Source: Auanema rhodensis (Eukaryota > Animalia > Nematoda). From it: 64,000 nucleotides of DNA. Positions within the stretch are counted from its first letter, which is position 1. Each line of letters starts with the position of its first letter. Below are positions 26,460 through 45,600 of this stretch, in pieces. Position numbers and translations under genes: made by a program. Below the pieces are notes generated by a model, which was not told where the DNA came from, searched no databases, and saw only the letters and a program-made list of their open reading frames with translations. The stretch is taken from assembly GCA_964057225.1 (NCBI GenBank), contig OZ059897.1:16926001-16990000 (forward strand). Direction: 5' to 3'.

Positions 26460-29400
26460 ATGTTGGAAGGTTCAGAAGATTTTTTTTCGGGAACTGATGA
26501 CATTGTCACAAGAAAATATATTCATAGCTTAGTTGAGAATGCTTCAAAACTTGAAGATAAATCTAGAGTTATTACGTGAGTAATTTTTGCTTCAAAAATT
26601 TAACTTTAGAAATGTATTTAGATATATTTCCACGTTAGAAAATGAAGCTTTGGAAGCAGCGCTTCCTTCATTATGTCTTTTAACTGAGAATATAACGGGA
26701 TTAGACAAAATGATATTATTAGATATATGTCATATGGTATTAATTGGTTAGTACTTCAGAAAACTTTCAGATACCAAATAATTTTCTTCATAGATCCACT
26801 TTCCAACAGAGGTTCAAGAAAGGCTTGCATTTCATGTTTAAAGTTACTAACAGGAATTGGAAACTGTTATAACGACTTTTACATATTTTTAGAGAGTCTT
26901 GAAGAACCCCAGGTTATTATTCTGATTAAATAAGCTCTAATGATTGCATTATAGTTTCATCTGATTAGACCAATTTTATCTCGTTGGGAACTTATTCTAG
27001 ACTCTGTTCGTAATGAAACTTTGACTTGGAAGTTAGCTTCCGTTATTCTAGTAAAATATTTTTCAAAACTGAACTTGTGTGTACAGGTCTATTCAGATTC
27101 GAAGTCTGAATCACACAAATGGATGGGTAAGAATTTGGGGTCTCGAAAAAGCTGTTGAGATTGAGAGTGCTGTTGTGGCGACCGATTTCAAGGTAAGTAA
27201 ATTCTTCATAATCATTTCATTGGTGTTTAGTTTATATTCGGCATTGTTTTCCAACATTTGAATGCAGTAGATTCATTATGGAGATTGTTGGAAAGAAACA
27301 AATTAGCAAGATTTATGAAGTCTTTGAAAACATTACTCTCTGGGATTTATAATGCTCAAATTGAAAAATGTGATTTGTAGGATTTAAGGAATGGCTATTT
27401 TATTATTTTGTTTCAGATGCTTTCATTAAAGAATTAACTATGGCTTTGAATAATTTGAGCTGTCCCCAGACTTTTTACTATATTGCACAGATGTTAGCAG
27501 AAACTGATTTCAAACCTATTTTAAAAGGTGATGACTTCTATTTAATAAGGTACTGTTTTGAGTATTATGCGATTTAAGAATTATATATTTTTAGATCTGT
27601 TTTAAGTAAAGCTCACTATATTGGTATGCTATCGCTTAGAATTAGTACTGAATACTTACTTCTAAAATTTTTTTCCAACATAATTGAATGGGTATTTGAA
27701 AATTATATTGTTAATTCGTTCACTAGTTACTATTTGGGATTTAGAATGCTGAGACTAAATTAGATTTCGGAATTATTACTAGTGTTCTTACACAAGATAG
27801 CCCAAAAGCATTTGAAGAGTTTTCTAAGATTCTTCTTAATGCCTGGAAAAGCTCCGATTACGATCCCAATATTGCAATCAAGTCTGTTTGTCCGGAAAAT
27901 ATATCAATGGTAATCGATTTCGAATGACTTCAGCTTATTTAGAATACTTCTTATTTAGCTGGATGATTGCTATCGGCTTATTTGGATTGATGCTATGGCA
28001 AATCAAAAGGTATCTCATCTCACATCCTTAATTTCACTTGATGTTTGTGAACGACTTGCTACTCTGCCAACAACAAGAATTGATTCTATGGTCTATCTTC
28101 TAACGACTATGCCTGAAGGTACTGTTCGGCAAAAGTATTATGAATGCTGATATATTTTTTAAGAATCAAAGCTCGACGAAGGCATAATTTCCTCAATAAA
28201 TGGATATATTTTGATGAAGTTAGCAATATCTGAAGCAAAAGTAATGATTTATTAAATTTTCTCTCGTAACAATCGTACTTTTCAGTGTTCAGACTTTATT
28301 ATTTTACGTAAAGTCTATATTCCTTTCTTGAAGAAATATTATAACTGGTCATTAAGTATATTGACGAATGCTGTGGATTGCTTTAGTGGTGATAGCGAGG
28401 TTTAAATCATTTGAGGAATCTTAATTACTTTTGTAGTATAGAAGAGCATAACCCCAGAAAAAACTGCTATGCTAATTATTCTTTTTGATGAACTCGTGGA
28501 TCAAATTGGTTCAGTGAATGAAGAAAATTTCTTATTAATTGAGAAATATGTTGGATCAAATTTTATTGCTGGACTTCGATTGAAAAAACATGCATCGGAA
28601 AGTACTAAAGAGTTTAGCATGATATCAGCTTGGGCGCACTCTGCGTCTTTGAAGCTTTTCCAAAGGTAAAAAACTGTGAAGAATCTTCATATGAAACTTG
28701 GTTTCAGATTTTTTAAATTTGTTAAGATCGCTCCTAAAGAAATTGTAGAAGAAGCAATAGAAGTACTAGATTCAACAGCTTCGTATGAAGTTAAGCAATG
28801 CTTATTGGAGATTATTGCTTCAAATATACAATATGTAATTGCTTAATACATCTTCGTGTTTGTATTCAAACATTTAGATATCCGATTCTGACCTTTTAAT
28901 TAAAGCAGTGAAGTGTGCTGACTTGGTTGTTAGTGAAGAGAAAAAATCTCAAAACTATTTTCCAGCCATATCAATGGTTTTTGCAATTGGAATAAATCAA
29001 CAAGTTATGAATGATGATGATGCCAAGAAAGTTCTTTTGGTTAGTTTTTCCGTTGTCTTAAAATTGTTTTATTTTTCTCTGAGGTTCTAGTTGAGATATT
29101 TAGGAGATTTGCATTAAATATATTGAACTAGCTAGTCTGAGTCCTACCGTAGCCTTGGTATTAGCTAATGCTTTGACAACTTATAAATTACCACTTACAC
29201 CTGACTGGGCACCAATTGTAAGATTTGGACTTTTATTTCCTTATTGAAATACAATTTGTTTCAGATTGTAAAGTTAGCTATGTTTGGTCCTGTTCCACGA
29301 AAAGATACCAAAATAATCAATGATTCGTATTCACAAATTTATAATATGGATTGTGATTTATCTTGCTTCCTGCCACCTTCCAGCCAAGAACGGTAGAATG

Positions 29401-31426
29401 ACTTTTAGTACAAAATCTCATTCTTTGTATTTCTTTCAGTCTTCATGAAATTACTCAACGTGTTCGTATGCAAGCTCTATTGGTAGCAATAAAGTGTTCA
29501 AAAAATAATGAAACTTTCGCTACAACTATATATGATACAATTGTTACAGAATTTAACATTTTAGATGCCAGTTCCTCTCGGTTAGAAAGTTTTAGTATTA
29601 TAATCATTATGTTTCTGCAGCTCGTTCGGTCTTTCTCTTCCTCATCGTCAAAAAACACGTGCTTCTGCTCTTCTTTTGTTCTGTGCTGAGTATATTAATG
29701 ACAAAGTTTTTTTCAGCCAGATTTCTAGCCGGAATCTAATAATTTTAGGAGACCCTTATGAAAATATTCAACTTTGGGATTAGTGGTATTGCGGATCCGT
29801 GTCAACAATTTTCTATTAAATTATTAATTGAATGGACACTATCTCGCATGTCACTTAAGCACAGCAACATAGAAGTTGAACTAATAAACGTTAATAAGAA
29901 AGTAAATTGCTTACTATTTCTATGTATATTCTAGCCGGTTTAAGATTGCTAAAGAAAGAATTGGAAGCGTATCGTCTTGGTTGAATATATTAGTTCATAT
30001 ATTCCGAGTTAAAAATAATAAGGTATGCGTTAGTTAGCATTGATATTAAGGCATACATTTTATTCAGGAATATTTTGAACGTTTTATTACCTTAATCTTA
30101 CCATGGACAACAGCTCAGAATTTCGGAGTGCGATGTACCGCTATCGCTGCAGCTACGGTTTCATTTTCATCGAGAACAAATGTCACAAACCATTTATAGA
30201 TTCTCTATCGTTCACTTTCCGAACAAGAGCAAAAGAATTGGCCAACCGTTAAATCTATCATTGATTTTGACTTAGAACCTGCTGGGTAGTTTTGTTTGAA
30301 ATTTTAAATAATTAGATTTTTTTTTCAGTAATTCAAAAAGAATTATTGATAATCTCTTGGAAGACTTTTATTTTGCTTACTTGAATGTTGAGAAGCATTT
30401 CGACTTTCATACGGCTTTAGTTGATATTCCTTCAAAAACCGGCTTACCTGCTGATGATACAATTTCCGAATATTTGATACTGGTTCGAAATACTGTAGTT
30501 CTTAATCACATATCTTGTTAAGGAACTAAATGATTCTGAAGTCTCTTCCAAGAATGACGATGAAGCGCTCTCAAAGGCTTCTTCAATTGTTTATAACGGT
30601 ATTATAATAATGCTACTAATTACAGTCAAGTTCTTTCTGTTTCAGCTTTGAGTAAAAATAGTAGTTGTGCTCCTGACATGGAATTCGAAGAAGCAGAGGA
30701 AGATAGTTATCGTCTATCATGCATTTATATCATATAAACTTGTTAAACTTTAGATTCCAGTAACGCTCAGCCAGGATCCGAAAACGCTCTTCAACGTAAA
30801 ATAGATACTGCTGGGAGAGAAAAGAAGTCAGATTGCTCTATGATTGTAGTAGCTAGTTTGATAGATAAGCCAACCAATTTAGGAGGTATATAAATCTCAG
30901 TTTAGTCTTTCTGAGTCAAAACATTTTAAGGATTATGTCGTACATCTGAAATTTTTGGAGTAGATTCCCTTGTGATTGCCGACCAACTGCTTATGCAAGA
31001 TGCCAACTTTAAAGCTCTTAGCATGTCCAGTGAAAACTGGCAAAAGATCGAAGCTGTAAGCTTTAAACACAATATGCATTGCTATAGCTTGTTTACAGAA
31101 AAGACCACAAGATTTATTACCCTATCTTCAACAGTTGCGCAGTGAAGGATATACTGTTATTGCGGCTGAGCAAACTGTTGATAGTGTACCCATGCACAAA
31201 TTTCAGTTCCCTAAAAAGGTTTACTTTGTCTTCATAAATGTTAGATGTTTAATTTCAGTGTGCTTTATTAATGGGAGATGAACGTAAAGGGGTTCCAACC
31301 AATTTGCTGCAATGTGTTGATCGTACAGTTGAAATAGATCAACTTGGACAAACCAGAAGTTTGAATGTTCATGTTACAGCTGCCTTATTTATATCGAAAT
31401 ATGTTGAGCAGGTTTTACTTCAATAA
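26460..31426 (+). CDS. TARBP1: TARBP1/Trm3-like SPOUT (SpoU) tRNA Gm18 2'-O-methyltransferase, many exons
   Basis: Long helical N-terminal part. C-terminal SpoU motifs LQRKI, [41 protein letters not shown] and VEIDQLGQTRSLNVHVTAA. Stop at 31424-31426. Confidence 0.92.
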
Positions 31427-32016
31427 TCTTGAACTATTCCTGCAATGGCAGCATTTTGTTGTCAATTTTTTGTTATGAAACGGTTGCATTAACTATGCAC
31501 GTTGATTTGTTTTATCACATTTGTTTTGTTGAATAAATTTTTTTATTTTATACATATTGTGTTGATGAATCAGTTGAGTGAGTTGAATCAATAAATTCAT
31601 AAAATGATTTGAAGTGATTGAACTATGAGACATTTTATAAGGACGTTGCTCATGAAATAAAAAGTCAACAAGTGGTATTTGCTTATCGTATGATAGAATA
31701 CAAAGTGATAAGACTCGTATTTAAAACTACTTCATTAACTAGGATGGCGTTCAAATGCTCTATCAGACACAAGGTTTGCGAAACTATTTCACCGCGAAAA
31801 TTGAATTGAAATTTTTTTAGATTGCTTCGAAATGTATGCAAGTTTTCGAATCCATAATTGCAAAAATGCTTTTAATAATATCAATCTGTTCAATAATATA
31901 CTCAAACAACTGGCGTATGTTTTTTTCTAATTGAAACGAAAACTCAATTCTTCCTTTAGTATCCGTATTTATTAATTTTGCATTTCTATTTTTGGCTATA
32001 TTTTCCATGATTACCT

Positions 32017-32865
32017 ATGCGAAATGTTATCAAAAAACGCAGCCAGTGCTCGCATTACCTCTACTTATTAACCAGGTAGAGTTAAAGATACAAGAAAACA
32101 TTAATTGAGGAAACAAATCAGACAGTATTCATATTCTGGATATTCATTTGGTTGTACGCAAGTATCGTTTCCATAACATCAGGTAATTTATGGTCTTTGG
32201 AATGGCTTGGGGGACCAAAAAGTAGCAGGGAAGTTGGAAGCAGAGACGTTACAGATCCAAAATATATTGACCCTAATGAGACTCATCCAGAAACAAAAAA
32301 ATGTAAGAATACAAACGAGAATTATAAAAAAGTAATATTTAGCCATAACCTATGGATCAATTATCATGGGCGTTTCTTTGGTTGTCATGATCTTTAAAAT
32401 AATTGGATGGAGAATCGCAAAAACTACATATGATGAGCTTAAAATAAAGCGTTCACACTTAAACTTGTTAGAATCAAAACGTTTGGAAAATGCGAACAAC
32501 AGTACGCCCACAGATAACGGGCAGTTTGGTAGATATATCGGAGAGGTGGGTATGAATCAGAAAGTAATACATTATATGATAATCTTCCAGGGTGTGGTTC
32601 CAAACAACGAAAATGTACTTAATTCGAGAAGTATTATATTAATATTTTTACAAATGTCTTATAGGAAAATAACGATATAAACAAATCACACGAAGGAGTT
32701 CATCCAAGTGGAAATTCTTCAAGAGTGCGTATTATGGACCGAAAGGATGAAGCACCTCCTGCTTACAAAGACAGAGATGCCATAGATGAGCGTTCCCATT
32801 TTTTATCAAACAATAGGAAAGAGCGCTTATCACCATCATCGAGTTACTTAGAATCCGCTATATAA
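32017..32865 (+). CDS. Hypothetical small single-pass membrane protein with PPxY motif, 5 exons
   Basis: Five exons join in frame through canonical GT-AG sites: hydrophobic N-terminus (LYLLTSILFWIFIWLYASIVS), TM segment ITYGSIIMGVSLVVMIFKIIGW, PPAY at 32755-32766 and the end ESAI*. Confidence 0.7.
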
Positions 32866-33054
32866 AAATTTTTAAATGTTTATATATAAAAAATTAATAT
32901 AACTTTGCTTTGCCGTCAACTGTATTTAGCATATTCATAAATCATGCTCCAATGACATACCGTAGTAAGACACGCATACCCTATAACAATACCAGGACTT
33001 TTGAGCCAAAATATTTTGGCTTCTACCCAAAACTTATGTTACTTGGTGAACTTT

Positions 33055-33086
33055 TCCTTTTTATCATAATTATATGATAAAAAGGA
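33055..33086. repeat. Perfect 14-bp inverted repeat with 4-nt spacer
   Basis: TCCTTTTTATCATA-atta-TATGATAAAAAGGA. Confidence 0.85.
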
Positions 33087-33317
33087 GATATCACGCAAAA
33101 GAGTTAAAGCATAGATGAAGCTGAATATCTTTCTGTCAATGACATCTTATTATAAATTACATCGTTTTATGTACTTCGTGAAAAAACCAGTTAATGTTCT
33201 TTATAAATTAATATAATGTTTCTATCACATAAAATATTGAAATTTATAGGCCAAACAATATAATTGGTTGGAGATTGATAATGAATAATCCTTTGAAAGC
33301 CTATTTATGAGCTAGAA

Positions 33318-36828
<3,511 letters not shown>

Positions 36829-37675
36829 ATCTACTGTTCTTGATATCATGTTAAACATTTTCCGCGCAACGCTTGTATTTTAAAAATACCCAAAGGATCA
36901 AAAGTAAGGCTGATCAATAAGGCTGGTTTACTATATATATGGTTCCTTGACTTCAATTATAGTTTTTTTTATGAAGAGCTGCTTTAATAAAACTAAGTTT
37001 TCATTTTTGAGGAATTACCCTTTAACTCATTCTAGCAGATTCATCTTCACTGCTAATTTTCTCTCAGTGGTGCCGAACATTGTTTCTAATTTCCACTGTT
37101 TTTCTTAGCTAGTCAGTTGTGTTATAATAATGTTCCGCCTCATTTTTTTAATTTGAAGTTGTTCTAAAGAACTTTGAAGGAACTAACCCAGCATAAGTAA
37201 AGGTGCTCATAGTTTCCTTAATTGTGTTATGTTTTCTTGTTGAACATGTTTAGGACAGCCTCTTCGATTGTAATAATTTATTTCTTTTATATTTCATCAA
37301 GTTTGAGAAACCTGCTGTCGTATATGTATAATGCTCTCCAGCATTTATACTGCTGTACTTATTGCGTCTTGACCCACCATTACGAGTTTTTAGAGCGACT
37401 GTATTTCCTAGCTTCAGAGTATTTGTAATCAACATTAACATAGCTATATCAAAGGTGCTGTCACTTTCGTACTAATTTGTTTAGTTATATTGTTCTATTG
37501 TTTTTGTCTTCTCCAAAGTCTGAAACTTTGGTTTTTAATTTCTTCAAATACACTTTCAATTAATATCAGATATAGAATTTATACAGTATGCTTTAATGTA
37601 ACAGTTGAAAAACGAACAAATCAACAACAATCATAACAAGTATAACAAAAGTAACACAATGAAACAACAAAACAA

Positions 37676-40546
<2,871 letters not shown>

Positions 40547-40928
40547 ATTAATATATAGTTAACTACTGTAAAAAAAAAATTAACTAGTTAAATGTATCGT
40601 AGTTTTTCGAATATTAAAATGAAATTTCAGAATGAATTAAAACTTTTTTGTAAACAGCAAGCAAAGAAATTCGTAATTTGAAAATTTCCGTTGGATCGAG
40701 TATTAAAATATATTATACATGTATGTTCAATGTCATTCAGAAGATGGAATATTATGAACGAATTTTCATATTAATTTATCATAACAAAATAAAAAATGAA
40801 TAAAAACTATGATTTAAACTTTTAAAAAGTTTGGAAAAAGAAAGAAAAAAAGGCTTTCTGTAATTTTTAAAAAAGTCACAGTTAAATAAATTACTTATTT
40901 AAATTTTTTATAACTGCTCAGCGTCATG

Positions 40929-41416
40929 CTATGAATAAGGCTGTCCTGCATCGGAATAAACAAGACTTTTTGAAGAAAAACTAGATAGTTCGAGACGTCG
41001 ATAAATATCTTTCACTGTAGGCTCTCCTTCTTGATTCATCAGCACTGCAGTCTTCAAGAATAGATTCAGAAACATTAACTTTTAGAGAATATTACCAGGG
41101 GCATCGTCAGATCAGTTCTATTTGTGAATCTTCGTAATCTTGATTTTTTCTCATCTTCTAACCAAATATTTGAATCCTTTCACGAAATTCAATGGATGTA
41201 TATGGCTATAAACTAACTGTTTTAACAACGGTTGTACTTTGTTTTCTAAAGATATTTTTTTTTCTTTTTTGACATAGAGTTGAAGAGAAAAAAATAGTAA
41301 GTAAAGGAAATATTATCATTAATAATCCTAAAAAAATTATTTGAAAATAGACTTCGAATTGTTCTAACCTGAAATAGCAATGACCATATGTATGCAGAGG
41401 GGGATATCAGTTATGG
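40929..41416 (-). CDS. Hypothetical small membrane-anchored protein; 5' end uncertain
   Basis: Exons join in frame: (..MVIAISG|LL)MIIFPLLTIFFSSTLCQKRKKNIFRKQSTTVVKT|DSNIWLEDEKKSRLRRFTNRTDLTMPL|TAVLMNQEGEPTVKDIYRRLEL..QPYS*. Absent from the ORF track. Confidence 0.55.
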
Positions 41417-42355
41417 CTGATTAATACAATCTTCATTAACATATTTCTCAATCAATTGCACAGCCGCTTATCCAAAAAAAGTTTTTAAAAATGAAATAAT
41501 ATTATTTGTAAAGTCTTGACTTTTCAAATAATTTTTATACAAAGTTGTTCCAATTTAGAAATTGTTTTATTATTAGTAATGCCAAGCAATTTTATTCCTT
41601 ATTAATGGGTCACAAGTTTCTCTTTACATTCCTCTGCTGTCCATATTCCATCTATCCATTCATATTTACTCTGTGTTTTTTTTAATTCTGAAGCGTTTTT
41701 CATCCTTTGCGAAAACTATTTATTCAACACTTTTTTATATTTTCTAATTTTCTATAGATAAAATTACTGAACATCAAAACATACAAAGGCATGTACATAA
41801 ATTCGATTTCAAGCAAAATAATAATAATGAGAATTTCAAAGTTCTCGATAAACATTTTTGCTGCTTAAGTATTCGACCACAGTCATCAACGTATATAAAA
41901 GAAAGGGTATAAGACTCCGTAGATAATGATGATATATCTTCAAGTATCATTAAACTCTCTATGATGATAATTTCAATGATCTACGAGCCCTTTCTCTTGA
42001 TGATGTGTTCCTATTTGAGTGATTCGATTAGTAGCCGTTGAACTGTCAAATGAACCACGATGAGTACAAATAAAGAAAGCGTAGAGAGCTCCCACGAACT
42101 CTAAACCATCTTAATCTTCATTGTCAAGTCGTTTGTTTTGCTTCATCTTCTTGTCTTCTATTTTTTTTGGAGGAAGGCGGATTTAATTTAGACGTTTGTC
42201 TGTTTAGTTGTTCAGCGTATATTTTCTCATTGATTTGCTATCTAGAAAAGGTTTTAGCTTTTGTTTTGCAATTTCATGTTTATATCATTCCCATGTGAGT
42301 TTATCTTCTCTTAGCCTGTTATTTGAGAGAGGTTAATTTCAGATTTCAGTTCGAA

Positions 42356-42671
42356 ATGAGATTTCTTTCTATTATTTCGTTAGTTTTATGTTTCGTAGCA
42401 TTATGCTCAGGTATTCCGAATTTTTTCAGTCATAATACAACGCGTAAGTTGTTTCATCAATGAATTACTAATTAGAAATAATATCTCTTTATCTATTAAA
42501 CTCGAATTTTTAGCGAAAAGAGGACACAATTTTGCTGCACTAAACAGATTGCTATCATCACTACCTTTTCAACCGCGGATGGACTTAATTCCTATGAGTA
42601 AGTTATACTATACCAAACGTTATTATCTATGCTTGAATTAAGGTAGTCTTCGAAGTAAAGCGAGAGCCTAA
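42356..42671 (+). CDS. Small secreted neuropeptide-like precursor (~66 aa), 3 exons
   Basis: TTTCAG just upstream of the ATG. Spliced product MRFLSIISLVLCFVALCSGIPNFFSHNTTP-KR-GHNFAALNRLLSSLPFQPRMDLIPMSSLRSKARA*, with GTAAGT donors. Confidence 0.72.
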
Positions 42672-45600
42672 ATCACCACATGGAAATTCTATTAATGAAT
42701 GAACTTATCTGTACAATCATTATATGTTTGTTTTAAATATTACATGAAGAGTTTTATGAAAATTTACACATGAATTAACTCAAAGAATAGTTTATAAAGA
42801 CGAGTATACTGTATATATTGGTTATATGCAGTCATGTGCGATAAAAGTCGGATACTTATTTGAAACCGTCAGAAAAAACTAATTAATCAAGTTTCACAGT
42901 AAGATTTGGGGTGTTTTCTGGGCATGGGCTTCACGAGATTCTTCGAGACTCATAAAACGTCCAGGCTGTGCTCTAGAAGAAACGGTAATCCAGCTGTATG
43001 CTTAAAGTTATTATTTTATCAATCAATGAGCCTGTTCCTAGTCCCAAACAGTTTTTTAGCTATTCGAAATAGCCAAAAAACTTGACATTTATTTAAAAAT
43101 ATTGAGAATTCAGTTTTTATTATATTAACATGCATTTTGTTGTTGTATTTGTTTCGTAAATTGAAGAGTTTTTCTGAGCCCTTTGAAAGACCACTGTCCG
43201 ATTTTCATTGCACATGACTGTATGTACAGAATTTTGTATCACTTAGTGCCTAGTTCCCTTCGCTCTTTTACTCACTATTTCCCTCTCACAGATTTTCCAA
43301 GATGTTGAAGAAGATGACAATTTATATGGAAAAGAAGAAGAACGAGTACCAATTTATGAGGCAACCATACAGCACATGAATTGGGCAAATATTGTAGTTA
43401 GAAGAGAGAAGACATTTATGGAAAAAGAATAGTCAACGACATGATGATTCGCTTCGTCTTCTTACTGTTTGACAAGTGGCTTGAAAAAACATTGTAATCT
43501 AATCGTTTAGTAGGAAATTATTCTAGAGATCTTTGTATCTGACCCATAGTCGTTGTACTGTAACATTCCACAGTGTTCTATCTCAATGTATCCCATCGAA
43601 GTAATCTTTTTTCATATATACGATATAACATTGAGAAGTTCAACTTGTATATATGGAAGAAATAAAATCAATTAATAGAAATAAGGTGAGTGAGTTAGGA
43701 AACGTTACACAATTTTACCTGCATCGCCAATGAGAAGAAGAGAATTTGTGCCTTAAAATGTTAAATACCGTCTTTCTGAACTCGATTGTATGCTGTTTTA
43801 TTCAAATGTAAATGATATGTTCTGACTAGTCGTGTGAGTCAATTGATTGAGGACAAGAGAAATGGAAACAGAAAAGAACAGCCCGAAGCATGAAAGGTAA
43901 AACAGCGAACTTTGTCTTTCCATGCATACCATCATTCATTTCTCTCTTTACACGAAGCACTTACTGGAATGAGAGACAAAAGCGCGCTGATCTTGATTTT
44001 ATCCTGAGAATGAATGAAACGTTGTATTATACTTGCCGTTGGACTTTGTATTAACATGGCCATTTTAGAATTTAGATGTCTCTAACACTGATTTTAATTG
44101 ATGCTTTGAGATGTGTGAACATGGTTTTTCGTTATGTGATTTGTCTAGACTAGTGTATATTGTTCTCATTCTTGTCCATCAATCCCACTGTATGTCTTGA
44201 CAGAATGAGGCTTGCGTTTCTCAGCCTTCAACGTCTTTATCTAAAACTCTTGTTACCATGAAACTAATTGCCGTTTATATGCATGTCCCTTGGCTTAGCT
44301 CTTGAACTGATTTTGATCGTTAGCTAGGATAGACATTCCTAAGGCTGTCTGTATACATTTTGTATTTCTGTCATGACCTACGATGTTTCGAAGATTTAGC
44401 TTTTCAAATAATGTTGGAAGTAAAATGATCATGATGAGAGAACATCATCAGTAGAGTTTCTTTTGCCAACACCGTCTTACATCATTTGAGATGACGACAA
44501 CGTCACTGATGTCGACATCTGATTTCGGAACATTTGAAACATCACAAAAGACTGTTTGCAGGCAAGATGGTCGTCAAATTCAGTTTACGGTCTATACATT
44601 CTTACAAGTTAACAAACATCGTTTATCTTCTTTGCCTTCTTCGTTTTCAGACATTTATCTGAACTGGTGTATCAAAAATGAAAGACTTCATAGATTTTAT
44701 CATAAAATGTTTAAAATATTTTACAACATTTCGATGTGTAAGCGAGGGTGAAGCATAGAGATAGAGAGAAGTTATATAAGTTTCTACAAAAATTATTATT
44801 TACATATATATTAAGAAATACTTTCATAATTGAATTCATTAAATTTATGAATAAGCTCTATTCTTCTTCACAAATAATCAGTAATATACATGGCTAGGTT
44901 TCAACTTCAGGCTCGGGTTCAGCTTGATGAGCCATTGTTATTTATGGCTGTTTTCACGTATTATCCAACTATCAAAAATGGGCACACTCGACCATTTTTA
45001 TTGGTTTTAAGCAACTGGTTCACATTTTGACTCTCATATACCAATCTTCAACTATTATCCGTCGAACCATATCGACAACTAGCCTGCTATCAGGTTCTTT
45101 TATATTTCCATTTCTCCCCCTCGATCTCCCTCCTTTCCTTTCTATATCATATCTTAGAAATAAGTTCTTATTCATGTACCTTATGTCGAAAAACTATTTA
45201 TAGAAGGCAATTCTCTCATATATAAAATATATATTTTATCTACTTAATAATACAGCAAATTAAGAATTATATAATTATCTTACAGCTCTCTTCAAAGAAA
45301 ATAAATTAAATTACACAATTTGTCTCGGAAAAATGTACACCGTATGTGTTTTTATAATTGATTGTTTAGTTTGATATATCAACAAATGATTGTTTTTTTC
45401 CATTTTTTATAATATTTCGGTATATTGGACGATTCAATTTTGCACCTTTATTGTGAATTATTCTTATTTCCACGTGCCACGTATGCCAATGATTACAAGA
45501 ACATTTCATTTTTCAATGCAACAGAGATTAGTTGTGCTTCATCATTCACCTTTTTTCACTCATCTGTTTTCTCCTCATGGTACTATGTTGCTACGTATGC

